Sequence record: SRR31156797_1757
Length of the DNA: 41,432 nucleotides
Strand: one strand, 5' to 3'
Shown: positions 19,439 to 29,113 of the stretch, piece by piece
How positions within the stretch are numbered: position 1 is the stretch's first letter
Layout: every line of letters starts with the position of its first letter
The notes under the pieces: generated by a model
The model's database searches: none
Told to the model about the DNA's origin: nothing
The model's input: the letters and a program-made list of their open reading frames with translations, nothing else
Translations under genes and position numbers: made by a program

Positions 19439-20413
19439 ATGCATAGTTTTAAAGAGCTTCAGGAAATCGTTCAAAAAGAAATTGATGGATTGGAGTTTGC
19501 TACACCACCCGAAGGTCTTTTCGAACCCATGAAATATATTCTGGGAATTGGAGGGAAACGACTTCGTCCAATTTTGGTACTATTAAGTGCTAACTTATTC
19601 AAAGAAGATCTGTCAAAAGTTTGTTTGCCAGCAATCGGAATAGAGGTTTTTCACAACTTTACTTTATTGCACGACGATGTAATGGACAATGCTCCTATTC
19701 GTCGTAACAAACCGACCGTTCACGAACATTGGAATAGTAATGTAGCCATTCTATCCGGCGATGCAATGTCTATCAAAGCCTATCAATACATTGTAAGTTG
19801 CGAAGATCGACACTTGCGTGATGTGTTGACCGTTTTTAATCAAACAGCTTTAGAGGTTTGTGAAGGTCAGCAGTTCGACATGGAATTCGAGGAACGCAAG
19901 GATGTGAAGGTTGAGGAATATCTGGAGATGATACGTTTGAAAACTGCAGTTCTGTTAGGTGGAAGCTTAAAAATGGGTGCAGTGATGGGCGATGCAGATT
20001 CGAAAGATTCAGATCTATTGTATCACTTTGGTGTGAATTTAGGGATGGCATTTCAGTTGCAAGACGATTTGTTGGATGTTTTTGGAGAGGAAGCCGTTTT
20101 TGGAAAGAAAATTGGTGGCGATATCTTATCAAATAAGAAAACCTTTTTACTGATAAAAGCACTTGAAACAGCAAATGGAGAGATTAAAGAAGAGCTAAAC
20201 TCCTGGATTGAATCGAAGAATTTTAATCCTGAAGAAAAGATTGAAAAAGTTAAGGCTATTTACGAAAAATTGAATGTTCGTGATTTTTCTCAACAAAGAA
20301 TAGACGAGTATTTTTCACTGTGTTTGGAGTATCTTGATAAAGTGAATGTACCTGCCGAAAAGAAAAAGGAATTGTACACTCTTGTTAAGCGATTGGTAAA
20401 TAGATCCGTTTAA
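19439..20413 (+). CDS. Polyprenyl diphosphate synthase (IspA/GGPPS-like)
   Basis: GGKRLRP, first aspartate-rich motif LLHDDVMD..RR, second FQLQDDLLD, and GQQFD. Start taken at ATG 19439. Confidence 0.93.
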   Translation: MHSFKELQEIVQKEIDGLEFATPPEGLFEPMKYILGIGGKRLRPILVLLSANLFKEDLSKVCLPAIGIEVFHNFTLLHDDVMDNAPIRRNKPTVHEHWNSNVAILSGDAMSIKAYQYIVSCEDRHLRDVLTVFNQTALEVCEGQQFDMEFEERKDVKVEEYLEMIRLKTAVLLGGSLKMGAVMGDADSKDSDLLYHFGVNLGMAFQLQDDLLDVFGEEAVFGKKIGGDILSNKKTFLLIKALETANGEIKEELNSWIESKNFNPEEKIEKVKAIYEKLNVRDFSQQRIDEYFSLCLEYLDKVNVPAEKKKELYTLVKRLVNRSV

Positions 20414-20506
20414 GAATGTTAAAATTTAGGATATGATACTCCTTTATTGGCAAAAAATTTTAAATTTGTCTTCACGCTATATTAATGATCCAAAAAATTA
20501 ATGTAA

Positions 20507-22018
<1,512 letters not shown>

Positions 22019-22022
22019 AACC

Positions 22023-22083
22023 AATTATTAATTATTAATGAAAAATGTGATGACGCATTAGTCATTAAATAGTAAACATTAAT
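22023..22083. repeat. Inverted 7-nt-periodic arrays in the atpD-atpC spacer
   Basis: AAT starts at 22023, 22030, 22037 and 22044. CATT starts at 22056, 22063 and 22077. Confidence 0.45.
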
Positions 22084-22323
22084 ATGCATTTAGAAATAGT
22101 AACACCGGAAAAAAGCCTTTATTCAGGAGAAGTTGTATTGGTACAACTTCCAGGTAAAGATGGATCTTTCGAAATACTGAAAAATCACGCTCCAATTGTT
22201 TCAACTTTAGAAAAAGGAACAATTAAATTAAGACCTGTAGAAGGAGATGATGTTTTTTTTGAAGTCAACGGAGGTGTTGTTGAATGTAAGAAAAATGTAA
22301 TCTCAGTATTAGCAGACAATTAG
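22084..22323 (+). CDS. atpC: F0F1 ATP synthase subunit epsilon (short form lacking C-terminal helices)
   Basis: LEIVTPEK..LPGKDGSFEILKNHAPIVSTL..GG, directly after atpD. Confidence 0.95.
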   Translation: MHLEIVTPEKSLYSGEVVLVQLPGKDGSFEILKNHAPIVSTLEKGTIKLRPVEGDDVFFEVNGGVVECKKNVISVLADN

Positions 22324-22341
22324 GTTTAACTAATATATTTT

Positions 22342-22374
22342 AAGCCCCGGATAGATCATCCGGGGTTTCTTTTT
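22342..22374 (+). terminator. Rho-independent terminator of atpDC
   Basis: AAGCCCCGGAT-AGATC-ATCCGGGGTTT followed by CTTTTT. Confidence 0.9.
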
Positions 22375-22464
22375 GCATGCAATTTGATTTTTCTAAATTT
22401 GCCATATTAATTTACACAATTTAAAAGGGAGTTGAATAATCCCTAATACTTAGATCGAAATAAA

Positions 22465-23499
22465 ATGCCTAAAAAATTCCTAATCATACGATTTAGTTCC
22501 ATTGGTGATATCATTCAATGCATGACAGTGATTGATGGTATATTGAATCATTATCCTGATGCCGAAATTCATTGGATTGCAAGAAAGGATATGTCTTCAT
22601 TTCTGGCTATGGATCAGCGTATTCATAAAGTATGGGGATTCGATCGAAAAAAAGGATTTAAAGGTTTATTAGCGCAAGCCAAGCAACTAAAGGCTGAGAA
22701 ATTTGATTTTGTTTATGATGCTCATTCTAATATTCGATCCATAGTTTTAAAAACAGTATTGGTTCCAAGATGGAAACGTTGGTTTGGTATCGGACCAAAA
22801 TTTACAATGCGAAGTAAGGATCGAATCAAAAGAATATTACTTTTTAAGTTTGGAATTGACAGATTTCCGATGCCATTTAAAGGCATGCGATCTTTTAGAA
22901 AACCTATGGAAAAATGGGGAATTGATGATTATTCGAAAGTGAATACCAATTGGTTTTTTCCAGAAGAATTGAAAGAGAAAATGGATGCTAATGTATTTTC
23001 CAGTTTAAAGGGAGATAAATCTAAATTGGTGACTTTGGTGCCATCTGCGGCCTGGATTATGAAACGTTGGCCTGTATCGCACTGGCAAAAATTGGTGGGC
23101 CTACTTCCCGATTATAATTTTATGATTTTAGCGGGCCCTGATGATGTCTTTTGTAGTGAAATTGAAAAGGAAGCCCCTGAAAAAATTTTAAACTTAGCAG
23201 GAAAAACAAACTTATTGGAATCCTGTTATCTGACTCAAAAATCGAATTTGGTGATTTCGGGAGATACTGGATTTTTACACGCTGCCGATAAATTTAATGT
23301 AAAGGCATTATCCTTAATGGGACCAACCGCTTTTGGGTTTACAACCGGAGATCAAATTAAAACTTTGGAAGTAGATATGAAGTGTAGACCTTGTTCTAAG
23401 GATGGTTCAGGAAAGTGTAAGATGAATATTTATCAGCAATGTATGGTAGATATTACACCAGAATGGCTTGCTAAAGAGGTAAAATCAGCCATGAATTAA
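22465..23499 (+). CDS. Glycosyltransferase family 9 (LPS heptosyltransferase-like)
   Basis: LIIRFSSIGD, KRWP, NLAGKTNL, ISGDTGFLHAA and GPT motifs, plus C-terminal CRPC..C..C. A TAAATTTG -7 box lies at 22394-22401. Confidence 0.9.
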   Translation: MPKKFLIIRFSSIGDIIQCMTVIDGILNHYPDAEIHWIARKDMSSFLAMDQRIHKVWGFDRKKGFKGLLAQAKQLKAEKFDFVYDAHSNIRSIVLKTVLVPRWKRWFGIGPKFTMRSKDRIKRILLFKFGIDRFPMPFKGMRSFRKPMEKWGIDDYSKVNTNWFFPEELKEKMDANVFSSLKGDKSKLVTLVPSAAWIMKRWPVSHWQKLVGLLPDYNFMILAGPDDVFCSEIEKEAPEKILNLAGKTNLLESCYLTQKSNLVISGDTGFLHAADKFNVKALSLMGPTAFGFTTGDQIKTLEVDMKCRPCSKDGSGKCKMNIYQQCMVDITPEWLAKEVKSAMN

Positions 23500-23565
23500 T
23501 TTTGCATCATCTCACATTTAACAGATAATTAAGTCTTTTTTTCTTGTTGAACTGGCTTATTGTTT

Positions 23566-23593
23566 TAAATTTGTATCGCACGCGATAATAATT
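23566..23593 (+). promoter_or_regulatory. -7 box TAAATTTG with overlapping palindromic operator (MarR/OhrR-like candidate)
   Basis: AATT-TG-TATCGC-AC-GCGATA-AT-AATT dyad at 23568-23593, spanning the -7 box and the likely transcription start. Confidence 0.55.
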
Positions 23594-23607
23594 GAAAAAT
23601 CAATAAG

Positions 23608-24273
23608 ATGAAAAAACTAGCTTTAATGATGATACTTGCAATGGGCTTTATGTCTACACAAGTTCAAGCTCAAAATGAGAAAAAGAAAGAATGCAAAAAG
23701 GAATGTTGTTCTAAAAAGAAATGTTCTTCTGAGAACTTGTACGGTTTTAAAATGGCTTCTCTAACAGGTGATGAAGTTGATTTGAATAAGTATAAGGGAA
23801 AAGTAGTCTTAGTGGTTAATACGGCAAGTAAATGCGGTTTAACGCCTCAGTACGAAGGTTTGGAAGCCATGTATAAGAAATACAAAGATCAGGGACTTGT
23901 AGTTTTGGGTTTTCCAAGCAATCAGTTTTTAGAGCAGGAGCCAGGTACAGCTAAGGAAATTGCTGATTTTTGTGAGAAAAATTATGGTGTAAGCTTTCCA
24001 ATGTTCGATAAAATTGAGGTAAGAGGCGAAAATGCTCATCCACTTTATAAAATGCTAACCAGCCAAAAGCCATTTTTGGGTTTCGATGATTCAGAGTCAG
24101 GACAGAAATTCAAAGGTTTTTTAAGTACCAAATTTCCTGAAATCTATAAAGGTGATGGAGTGAAATGGAATTTCACAAAATTTCTGATTGATAGAGAGGG
24201 TAAAGTAGTTCAACGAATTGAACCAAATATAACTCCTGAGAATATTGAAGATGATGTAAAGAAATTATTATAA
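23608..24273 (+). CDS. Glutathione peroxidase family protein (Cys type) with signal peptide
   Basis: VNTASKCGLTPQY, GFPSNQF, FCEKNYGV and WNFTKFL motifs. N-terminal signal peptide (..VQA-Q) followed by a Cys/Lys-rich linker. Confidence 0.93.
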   Translation: MKKLALMMILAMGFMSTQVQAQNEKKKECKKECCSKKKCSSENLYGFKMASLTGDEVDLNKYKGKVVLVVNTASKCGLTPQYEGLEAMYKKYKDQGLVVLGFPSNQFLEQEPGTAKEIADFCEKNYGVSFPMFDKIEVRGENAHPLYKMLTSQKPFLGFDDSESGQKFKGFLSTKFPEIYKGDGVKWNFTKFLIDREGKVVQRIEPNITPENIEDDVKKLL

Positions 24274-24276
24274 GAG

Positions 24277-24304
24277 AAAAGAGCTCCAGAGGAGCTCTTT
24301 TTTT
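24277..24304. terminator. Bidirectional terminator between gpx and the DAG kinase gene
   Basis: AAAAGAGCTCC-AGA-GGAGCTCTTTT with A and T tracts, abutting the convergent stop codon. Confidence 0.88.
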
Positions 24305-25190
24305 ATGTCTTAGACTGAGAGAAAATGTTTAAACTTTTCGGATCTAACTTCAGTTTAATGGTATTGCCAAAAATTACTGGTTCACCATCAACATGTCCTA
24401 GTTTAGAATTTTGATAGATGTTAATTTCATCTACAATTATTTCCTTAAAAAGTGATGAAGAATTTATTCGTTTCGAAAAAACAGCAATTGCCAAACCTGG
24501 AATTTGATACCATTTTGGCTTTTTAAGAAGACAAAGGTTCAGTTTTCCATCATCAATTATTGCTGTTGGAGCAATGTATGCATTGTTCCCAAATTGAGTA
24601 GAATTACAAAAGCTAAGCATCATACCTTCTTCAATACATGAGATCGTATCATTTTTAATTTCGAATCGCTGTGTTTTAAAAGTTCTGAAACATTTTAAAG
24701 TTGCTTTTATGTAAGCGCTCAATCCTCGGGAATTCATCTTTTCAAATTCGTGGGATATTTTCGCATCGAAACCAATACCAGCAACATTCACAAATCGATA
24801 CTCGTTTGCAGATATTGTATCCATTTCCTGAATGTTTGCCTTATTAATCCACAAAATAGCTTTTTTAGGATTCATTGGAATTCCAAGATGTCTAGCCAAA
24901 CCATTTCCCGATCCACAAGGAATTACAGCTAAAGCAACATCGGAAAATACAAGTGCATTAGAAATCTCATTTACAGTTCCATCTCCTCCAACGGCAATTA
25001 CCACTTCATATCCTTTTTTAATAGCATCTTTTGCCAATTCACATCCATGTCCGGCATATTCAGTGCGAATGTAATCTGCATTAAATTTTGTTTCATTCAG
25101 ATATCTTTTGAATAGATGTTTAATCTGTTTTTGTTTGCCCGTTCCAGAAACAGGATTGATGATAATGAGTGTTTTGTATGCTGTATCCAT
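24303..25190 (-). CDS. Diacylglycerol/lipid kinase family protein (YegS/DgkB-like)
   Basis: IINPVSG, GGDGT, IPCGSGNGLA, GIGFDA and HVDGE motifs. Confidence 0.92.
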   Translation of the reverse strand: MDTAYKTLIIINPVSGTGKQKQIKHLFKRYLNETKFNADYIRTEYAGHGCELAKDAIKKGYEVVIAVGGDGTVNEISNALVFSDVALAVIPCGSGNGLARHLGIPMNPKKAILWINKANIQEMDTISANEYRFVNVAGIGFDAKISHEFEKMNSRGLSAYIKATLKCFRTFKTQRFEIKNDTISCIEEGMMLSFCNSTQFGNNAYIAPTAIIDDGKLNLCLLKKPKWYQIPGLAIAVFSKRINSSSLFKEIIVDEINIYQNSKLGHVDGEPVIFGNTIKLKLDPKSLNIFSQSKT

Positions 25191-25206
25191 TGCAAGTAGA
25201 AGTTAT

Positions 25207-25244
25207 AAAATTCAGGAGTATTACTTGTATAAAATACTCCTGAA
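25207..25244 (-). terminator. Terminator-like hairpin after LTA synthase gene
   Basis: TTCAGGAGTATT / AATACTCCTGAA 12-bp stem with a 10-nt loop and only a short U tail on the minus strand. Confidence 0.65.
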
Positions 25245-25251
25245 AATTCAA

Positions 25252-27162
25252 TTATTGAGCAAAATTATATTCTTTATGGTGGAATAAATAACTTGCTGTT
25301 TGATAGTAGGTAATTGCGTCGTAAAGTTCTATTTTATCAATTTCAGAGGCTTCTTGCTTCATGTTATTAACACGATAAGCTTCTGTACGTTTTGTTGGCA
25401 GTTGAACTGTTAGTTTATTCTCTTTTAACAACCCAATTTTTTGATAAGTTCCAATTAGAGCTCTGTTGGGATTTTCCAGAAGAATATCCTTTCCAAAGAA
25501 TTTAGATGTATAATCCATGTTCAATAGTCCCATAATGGTTGGGGCGAAATCTATTTGTGAAGCCAAGGTATTTACTTCTTTGGGGTTAATTATTTTTGGA
25601 GCGTATATCATAAAAGGAATGTGATATTTTTTAACGGGTAATGATGTTTTACCAGCGCTAGAAGCGCAATGATCTGCAACTATTACAAAAAGTGTATTAT
25701 TGAACCATTCGTGTTTTTTTGCTTCACGAAGGAATTTGGCAATGGCAAAATCGGTGTATTTTACAGCACCCTTTCTACCTGAATGAGAAGGAATATCAAT
25801 TTTTCCATCAGGATAGGTGTAAGGACGATGATTGGAGGTAGTCATGATAAAATTGTGAAATGGTTTACCTTGTTCATATGCTTTATCAGCAACTTGTGAT
25901 GCTTTGGCAAACAGATCTTCATCGCATACTCCCCAGGCATTTTCGAAGGTGATTTCATCCTTCTCAAAATTCTTTTTATCTACAATATTATAACCACTGT
26001 TTCTAAAAAAGTAATTCATGTTGTCGAAATAGCCATTACCAGCATATATAAAATTGGTGTCGTAGCCTTTCGATTTTAAAACATTACCTAGTGTAAACAT
26101 GTTCTCATTATTAGGACGTTTAACAATGGAATATCCTGGTGTTGGTGGTAATGAAAGGGTTAAAGCTTCCATACCGCGTACGGTTCTTGTTCCGGTTGCA
26201 TAGAAATTGGTGAAGAATAGGGATTGTTGTGCGATGGTATCCATATTGGGAGTAATGTTATTTTGACCTCCAAATTTGGTAAAGAATGAGCCGCTTAAAC
26301 TTTCAACGGTAATCATCATTACATTGTATTTTTTATCCTCCCCAGGATAGCTGATTTCTCTTCTTACATCGAAAATATCATCGCTGATAAATTCACTATT
26401 CGATGTTTTAAGTAGTCTTCGTAAATTGGTAAACGCTTGTTTGTCATCTATAGAATGATAAAAGGCTTTATAATCTAACTCGTTATTGCGGAATGCAGAG
26501 AAAATTTGATAAATTCCATTGTGAGCCAATTCATTTGAATAGGTATTGTCTTGTATTTCAGCTGAAGTTTTATCGATGGTTAAAAATGCCAAAATTGGGA
26601 ATGCCCAAAGAACCAAACTAGTTGTAAATCGGGATACAAATCGCGACTCTGAATTTATGGTTTTATCGAAATGCTGTTTCACAAGAGCAAATATTCCTCC
26701 TGAGAGAAGTAGCATACCCATAATGATAATTGGCATTGGATACGATTCCTTAATATTTGAAATCACTTCATGTGTATAAACCAGATAATCAACTGCAATA
26801 AAATTGTACCGAACGCTGAATTCTTCCCAGAAAAACCACTCACCGATACCTGAGAATACTAATATTCCTATACTTATAATAAAGAAAGCGTATGATATCC
26901 AGCGGTGGATTTTGGAATTAAAAATTTTATCAGGAACAATTAGTAGATAGAATACAAAAGGAATGATAAAATAGGAGATTGCTATAAGATCATAGAAAAG
27001 CCCAAATGAATAAATTTGAAAGAATCGAATGAGATTTAAATCTACATTCTGAAAATCTTGAATTAATAAAATAGTCCTTACCAGAAAGGATAAGGCAAGA
27101 AAAATAAAACTGAAAATAACTAGTCCGCCATAGCGACTGCGCAGGATGTTACTGAACTTCAT
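25252..27162 (-). CDS. LTA synthase / phosphoglycerol transferase (sulfatase-fold) family protein
   Basis: Five N-terminal TM segments. Metal and nucleophile motifs VESLS, GTRTVRG (catalytic Thr), TTSNHRPY and VADH. Start taken at ATG 27162. Confidence 0.9.
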   Translation of the reverse strand: MKFSNILRSRYGGLVIFSFIFLALSFLVRTILLIQDFQNVDLNLIRFFQIYSFGLFYDLIAISYFIIPFVFYLLIVPDKIFNSKIHRWISYAFFIISIGILVFSGIGEWFFWEEFSVRYNFIAVDYLVYTHEVISNIKESYPMPIIIMGMLLLSGGIFALVKQHFDKTINSESRFVSRFTTSLVLWAFPILAFLTIDKTSAEIQDNTYSNELAHNGIYQIFSAFRNNELDYKAFYHSIDDKQAFTNLRRLLKTSNSEFISDDIFDVRREISYPGEDKKYNVMMITVESLSGSFFTKFGGQNNITPNMDTIAQQSLFFTNFYATGTRTVRGMEALTLSLPPTPGYSIVKRPNNENMFTLGNVLKSKGYDTNFIYAGNGYFDNMNYFFRNSGYNIVDKKNFEKDEITFENAWGVCDEDLFAKASQVADKAYEQGKPFHNFIMTTSNHRPYTYPDGKIDIPSHSGRKGAVKYTDFAIAKFLREAKKHEWFNNTLFVIVADHCASSAGKTSLPVKKYHIPFMIYAPKIINPKEVNTLASQIDFAPTIMGLLNMDYTSKFFGKDILLENPNRALIGTYQKIGLLKENKLTVQLPTKRTEAYRVNNMKQEASEIDKIELYDAITYYQTASYLFHHKEYNFAQ

Positions 27163-27211
27163 ATTTTTTGAATTGTGGGATTTGAAATGTGATTCAAAAA
27201 AAGAATTCATT

Positions 27212-27231
27212 TCTAACAAAAATCTAACAAG
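27212..27231 (-). promoter_or_regulatory. Candidate response-regulator box CTTGTTAGATTTTTGTTAGA (copy 1)
   Basis: TTGTTAGA direct repeat with 11-bp period, identical over 20 bp to 33264-33283. Confidence 0.75.
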
Positions 27232-27314
27232 CGCTTAATTGGCTTGTGAAAGAATATTAAAAAAACTTAAAAGCTCATCTATAAGAAAATTTAATGAGCC
27301 TTTAAGTAGATTAT

Positions 27315-28661
27315 TTATAGAAATATAGATGCAATAGGACCAAAAGTTAATATCATGAAATGGAAGATTATCAAAAGATAAAAAAAACATTTGTTTGAAT
27401 CATTCGAATCTAGCTTCTTCATAGAAAGCCAGCTGGCATAACAAAGTCCGCAAATGCCTATTAAAATAACTAAACCATTTAACCAATCTATTGGGGGAAG
27501 AATCAGTTCTTTGTTGAAAAGGCGAGTTGCGTAATACATTCCATTGGGTTTTTCGATGGCATATTTCCAATAAGGAATTCGCGAACTTGTTTTGAGAAGT
27601 GCTTTAAAAACATGACCAAAAGATACCAATGGCAGGAGGTGTATTGCAATTTTTTGCAAATAATATTTCCAGGATTGATTTCCTAACAATTTAAGTATAC
27701 CTGATGTTATCAAAAGGAACAAAAATGGAATAAGTATGAAGAGTACAATTGCTTCGAAGAATCCATGTGAAATATCTTTAATGGCTAAAATATTTTCCAA
27801 ATAAATTGGGATGGAACGGATGATTGAATCACTTATCTTCCAACTTGAAAGTATTTCATAAGAAACAAAGCCAAGCAATATCATTAGCATTCCAATTTCA
27901 GACCAGGTTAACTGACGAGGATTAAATTTTAGATAGGAATTTGGAATGTTTTTTAAGCTGATGTTATCCTTTGTACAAGATTTTATACATTGAGTACATA
28001 GAATACAAGTTCTGTTATCAGAAATACGAGCCGGGTACAAATTCGAAGTACACGATCTTCCAATTAATTTGTAATGATTGGCTTTATCAATACAATCCTT
28101 GGTTTTACATGTATTGCATGTGTCTTGATTTTTAATTCTTAAGCCAAATCTGGAAAGTAGAGAATACAAACCCAAAAGTTTTCCAACTGGGCAGAAGTAG
28201 GAACAGAATGCCCTTTTCTCATAAACTAAAGCTAGAAGAACAGCTAAGCCCATTAAGAAAAGTAGATAGAAAGCCATTCGATTCGGGTAGCGATGAATTC
28301 CCCAGGTATGGATGGCTACAATTGCTATCAAAGCATATAGAATGGTAATCATCCATCCTGATTTAATGAATTGAGGAACTTTTCTTTTTAAGCCAATGCG
28401 GCTTGTAATGGCAATAACTAATTCAATAGGGCAGATACTGCACCAATGTCTGCCAAAAAATACTGCAGTTAAAACGATAAGCGGCCACCAATACGACCAG
28501 ACAATTAAATTGGATAAATTTGTATTTCGTAAATATTTAGCAAAATCTGCATTATCAGTAGTAATACCAATACTGCCGATGATCAGATAGATAAAAACAG
28601 TAAGAGCCAGAATTTGAAATATAAGAGGATGTCGTTTGGATCGATATAATTTATTAATCAT
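27315..28661 (-). CDS. 4Fe-4S binding polytopic membrane protein (NapH/YccM-like)
   Basis: FFGRHWCSICP and FCSYFCPVG motifs, CNTC..DC, ferredoxin motif CILCTQCIKSC, and many TM segments. Confidence 0.82.
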   Translation of the reverse strand: MINKLYRSKRHPLIFQILALTVFIYLIIGSIGITTDNADFAKYLRNTNLSNLIVWSYWWPLIVLTAVFFGRHWCSICPIELVIAITSRIGLKRKVPQFIKSGWMITILYALIAIVAIHTWGIHRYPNRMAFYLLFLMGLAVLLALVYEKRAFCSYFCPVGKLLGLYSLLSRFGLRIKNQDTCNTCKTKDCIDKANHYKLIGRSCTSNLYPARISDNRTCILCTQCIKSCTKDNISLKNIPNSYLKFNPRQLTWSEIGMLMILLGFVSYEILSSWKISDSIIRSIPIYLENILAIKDISHGFFEAIVLFILIPFLFLLITSGILKLLGNQSWKYYLQKIAIHLLPLVSFGHVFKALLKTSSRIPYWKYAIEKPNGMYYATRLFNKELILPPIDWLNGLVILIGICGLCYASWLSMKKLDSNDSNKCFFYLLIIFHFMILTFGPIASIFL

Positions 28662-28724
28662 GTTATTTTTTTAATAATTAAACAATGAGTTTGCATTCCT
28701 TAAAATGCTTTAAATTTGATGTGT

Positions 28725-29105
28725 TTAATTATTAAATGGTGGTGATTTTGAGGAATAATTACGAATGATATATAGAAGAAGATCCGCAGTTTTATTATGG
28801 TTGGATAAGCGTGCAATTAGAATACCTGGCTTGCTTTTTATGGTCACATTCGACCAAAGTATTCCCAATTCAGAAACAATAGAAGAGCTTAGAGTGTTTC
28901 CTTCAGAAATCAGGTAAAGATTGGCATGAATACTTTCTCCTTTATTTCCATCATTATTATTAGAAGTTGAATCAGGAAGTGTTGAAAAATCAGGGATAAC
29001 AATTCCTTCTATTTCCTTATGACTGTGTGGAATTATCTTTTCGCCAATAACCGAACAGAAAAGAAGTATACAAAGAAATGCTATTTGTCTGATTTTAAAT
29101 CTCAT
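28725..29105 (-). CDS. Small hypothetical protein: N-terminal hydrophobic segment, PHSH motif, C-terminal KSPP
   Basis: The ORF fills the gap between the epimerase and the 4Fe-4S gene, has a signal-like N-terminus and ends SSKSPPFNN. Confidence 0.6.
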   Translation of the reverse strand: MRFKIRQIAFLCILLFCSVIGEKIIPHSHKEIEGIVIPDFSTLPDSTSNNNDGNKGESIHANLYLISEGNTLSSSIVSELGILWSNVTIKSKPGILIARLSNHNKTADLLLYIIRNYSSKSPPFNN

Positions 29106-29113
29106 TGATTAAA

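Noticed and set aside
22084-22323. Truncated or pseudogenised atpC (79 aa)
   Set aside because: Epsilon subunits lacking the C-terminal helices are normal in Bacteroidota, and a clean stop and terminator follow.
23608-24273. Selenocysteine-containing GPx
   Set aside because: The active-site codon is TGC (Cys) and there is no in-frame TGA.
27272-27302. Terminator after the 4Fe-4S gene (GCTCAT..ATGAGC)
   Set aside because: A 6-bp stem with a 15-nt loop is too weak to call.
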